Assembly (NCBI GenBank): GCA_043753995.1 | Contig: JAYUVP010000114.1 | Span: forward strand, 1-10,041 | Length of the DNA: 10,041 nucleotides | Direction of reading: 5' to 3' | From: Fibrobacterota bacterium | GTDB lineage: Bacteria > Fibrobacterota > Fibrobacteria > UBA11236 | In this document: positions 7,955 through 10,041 of the stretch, one piece after another | Layout of the letters: each line of letters begins with the position of its first letter | Numbering within the stretch: the stretch's first letter is position 1 | Program-made: the position numbers and the translations under genes | Notes under the pieces: model-generated | The model's input: the letters and a program-made list of their open reading frames with translations, nothing else | What the model was told of the DNA's origin: nothing | Databases searched by the model: none

Positions 7955-9172
7955 ATGCAAGACCCATACTCCACAGGTGATCGAAAGCCGTCCACTGTGA
8001 ACGGCCCGACTTGGTTCGAAACCACTATGAACGAATACCTCGTGCGGTTTCGTGCCTATGAGCCGTTTCCCTTTGATCAACCGCCCGACACCCACAATTA
8101 TTTGAGCTTGCACCAAAACGACTACCTACGCTTGAGTGGACACCCCGAAGTCAACTACGCAAAAAATCAGTCCATTTCCAGGTCTGGGGGCGGTCCCATG
8201 GCCTCCATCACCTATGGTGGCGACACGGGCGAGCACCAGCAATTTCGGTTGGCCCTACAAAAGACATTGAATGTGGGCGACGTCATGCTCACGACAGCAG
8301 GCTGGACTGCCAATGTGGGCTTGGTGGAATCCCTTGCCTCACCCAATACTCCCGTATACCTCGACTACCAGGCGCATGCCTCCTTGTGGGATGGGGCCAA
8401 ATTGGCTGGCGCTAAAATGGTACCGGTGCGCCACAACTCGCCCGCCCACCTCGAACAACGCATCAAACGCTATGGCAAAGGCTTGGTATGCATCGACGCC
8501 TTTTACAGCACCGACGGCTGCGTGCCCGACTTGAAGCGCTATGTCGAAATTTGCGAGGCCTATGATTGCATGCTCATTCTCGACGAGGCCCATTCTTTCG
8601 GCATGATAGGTCCGAATGGCGGAGGGCTCGCGGTCGAACTCGGGCTGGAAACGCGAGTGCCCATACGCACGGTGAGCATGAGCAAGGCTTTGGGCGGCAA
8701 TGGCGGCTTCATCGCCGCCACCGAAGAGGTGGTCTGGTTTCTCAAGCACCGCGCCCGCTCGGTGGTCTTCAGCTCAAGCCCGTCGCCAGCCACTTCGGCA
8801 GGCTCGCTGGCCGCCCTGCAAATCGCCATTCGCGAGCCGGAGCGGGCTCGGAATTGCCTCGAAATGGGGGCCTTGCTGCGCAAATCTCTTATTGGACGAC
8901 AAATCGATCCCGGCCTCAGCGCAAGCCAGATCATTTCCCTGTATTTCGATCAAGACCCTTTGGCGGCGAAGTTTTACGGCTTGTTGCGCCAGCGGGGAAT
9001 TTTGGCTTCGGTATTCACGGCACCGGCTGTGCCACGCGACACCAGCTTGGCGCGCTTTTCCATCCACAGCGACACGACGCCCGAGGACATGGTCAAGCTC
9101 GCCGATGCCTCAGCCGAATGCCTGGCCATAATGGGAGTCAGGGCTACTCCCCCTTACAGTCTCCTCGATTGA
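7955..9172 (+). CDS. PLP-dependent alpha-oxoamine synthase family enzyme, CqsA/LqsA-like (putative alpha-hydroxyketone autoinducer synthase)
   Basis: Family motifs are NDYLRL, DEAHSFG and SMSKALGG (PLP lysine K244). CqsA-like segments are GWTANVGL, PNTPVYLDYQAHASLWDGA, RYGKGLVCIDAFYSTDG, SQIISL and SVFTAPA. The family call is firm; the CqsA-like subfamily call is moderate. Confidence 0.8.
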   Translation: MQDPYSTGDRKPSTVNGPTWFETTMNEYLVRFRAYEPFPFDQPPDTHNYLSLHQNDYLRLSGHPEVNYAKNQSISRSGGGPMASITYGGDTGEHQQFRLALQKTLNVGDVMLTTAGWTANVGLVESLASPNTPVYLDYQAHASLWDGAKLAGAKMVPVRHNSPAHLEQRIKRYGKGLVCIDAFYSTDGCVPDLKRYVEICEAYDCMLILDEAHSFGMIGPNGGGLAVELGLETRVPIRTVSMSKALGGNGGFIAATEEVVWFLKHRARSVVFSSSPSPATSAGSLAALQIAIREPERARNCLEMGALLRKSLIGRQIDPGLSASQIISLYFDQDPLAAKFYGLLRQRGILASVFTAPAVPRDTSLARFSIHSDTTPEDMVKLADASAECLAIMGVRATPPYSLLD

Positions 9173-9226
9173 ATGGCCACCTTATCCGCCATCGGCGCCA
9201 ACCTGTAGAATGAAACGGGAAAAAAC

Positions 9227-9898
9227 ATGAACAGCCAACAAGCCTATGCCATCCTTCGCGAAATCGTGGCGGCCCTGGCCGCGCGTGGGGAAACCACCAA
9301 GTTACTCCCCGAGGCCCCGCAACTCGAAAAAACCCTGCATGAGCAAGGGGTGGATCTCACCGCCTTTTCCGAACTCATCGAAGAGCTGACCCAGCGCTTT
9401 CACGGCAAGGATTTTCGCCTGAACGGTTATCTAATACCCGAGGAATACTATTACCTCACTACAGCCAAGCTTGTCGATGCGGTGGCTTTGGCATTCAAAG
9501 CTGGCACAAAAAACCCCTTGGTCGTCTATGTCGATGACGAGGAAGAGAACCTCTTCATTTTCAATCGCAAGTTCGGCAAGAAGCTGAATCTCAAGACCTT
9601 TGGCGACCCCCGCACTGCGCTCGAATATATCCGGAGCAGCGAGGAAGTCGGTTTAGTCGTGACCGACGAGGTCATGCCGGGCATGTCAGGAAATGAATTG
9701 TGCGACGCCGTGCACGCGACCAAGCCCCTGATGAAGTTCATCCTCATTACCGGCAATCCCAATAGCGACGGCGATCTTATGTACCGGGCCCTACGCAAAA
9801 ACCGTTTCTACGAATTCATCAATAAGCCCGTCGACTTTGATGGCAAGGGCGAGGAATACCTGAACCTCATCCAGGGCATTCTCGAATTCGATTGGTGA
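9227..9898 (+). CDS. Response regulator: N-terminal ACP-like domain + C-terminal receiver (REC) domain (paralog 2)
   Basis: REC motifs are VVYVDDE, LVVTDEVMPGMSG (D147), FILITG and FINKP. The N-terminal region AYAILREIV...EKTLHEQGVDLTAFSELIEELTQRF...LTTAKLVDAV follows the ACP helical pattern. Confidence 0.88.
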   Translation: MNSQQAYAILREIVAALAARGETTKLLPEAPQLEKTLHEQGVDLTAFSELIEELTQRFHGKDFRLNGYLIPEEYYYLTTAKLVDAVALAFKAGTKNPLVVYVDDEEENLFIFNRKFGKKLNLKTFGDPRTALEYIRSSEEVGLVVTDEVMPGMSGNELCDAVHATKPLMKFILITGNPNSDGDLMYRALRKNRFYEFINKPVDFDGKGEEYLNLIQGILEFDW

Positions 9899-9907
9899 GA
9901 AGGGGGT

Positions 9908-10041
9908 TTAGAGAGGCCCCTTGCGAGGAAATCGCAAGGCGAAGGTGCTGCCGACCCCGACCCGGGATTCTACCGAAAGGGCGCTGCCGTATTTCTTCAC
10001 AATCTCGCTAGCGATGGTGAGCCCGAGGCCGGTGCCCTTGC
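9908..10041 (-). CDS. Sensor histidine kinase, C-terminal end of the HATPase domain (partial; rest lies beyond the window)
   Basis: Manual translation of the minus strand from 10039 gives KGTGLGLTIASEIVKKYGSALSVESRVGVGSTFALRFPRKGPL*. This has the G2 box GTGLGL and terminal GxGSTF strand typical of HATPase_c; TAA at 9908-9910. Confidence 0.9.
   Translation of the reverse strand, partial: KGTGLGLTIASEIVKKYGSALSVESRVGVGSTFALRFPRKGPL

Noticed and set aside
7955..9172. Naming the enzyme bioF, kbl, spt or cqsA
   Set aside because: Motifs lean towards CqsA-like but are mixed and no pathway genes for the alternatives are adjacent; no symbol is justified without a phylogeny.
7460..9798. Overlapping ORFs within the REC and synthase genes (e.g. 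8566..9213, 8339..8749, 9526..9798)
   Set aside because: Typical off-frame openness in GC-rich coding sequence; no motifs.
1..10041. CRISPR arrays, tRNA/rRNA genes, IS elements or prophage genes
   Set aside because: No spaced direct repeats, RNA-gene signatures, transposase/integrase motifs or terminal inverted repeats were seen.

Overview
Gene-dense bacterial window, probably from an FCB-group (Fibrobacterota-like) organism; this is an inference from protein architectures. From left to right it holds: (1) a 3'-truncated TPR lipoprotein on the minus strand (1..1782), absent from the supplied ORF track; (2) a divergent two-gene ABC exporter whose ATPase has several degenerate catalytic motifs; (3) a secreted, Cys-rich GH45-like endoglucanase whose catalytic domain appears circularly permuted; (4) a methyl-accepting chemotaxis protein; (5) a compact signalling locus. 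In that locus a CqsA/LqsA-like PLP-dependent alpha-oxoamine synthase lies between two paralogous proteins, each with an N-terminal acyl-carrier-protein-like domain (lacking the phosphopantetheine serine) fused to an intact receiver domain. The 3' end of a convergent sensor histidine kinase (9908..10041, also absent from the ORF track) follows. This locus is the best candidate for an undescribed system: a possible alpha-hydroxyketone-type quorum-sensing circuit with ACP-like/REC regulators. All family calls come from motif recognition by eye, not database searches.
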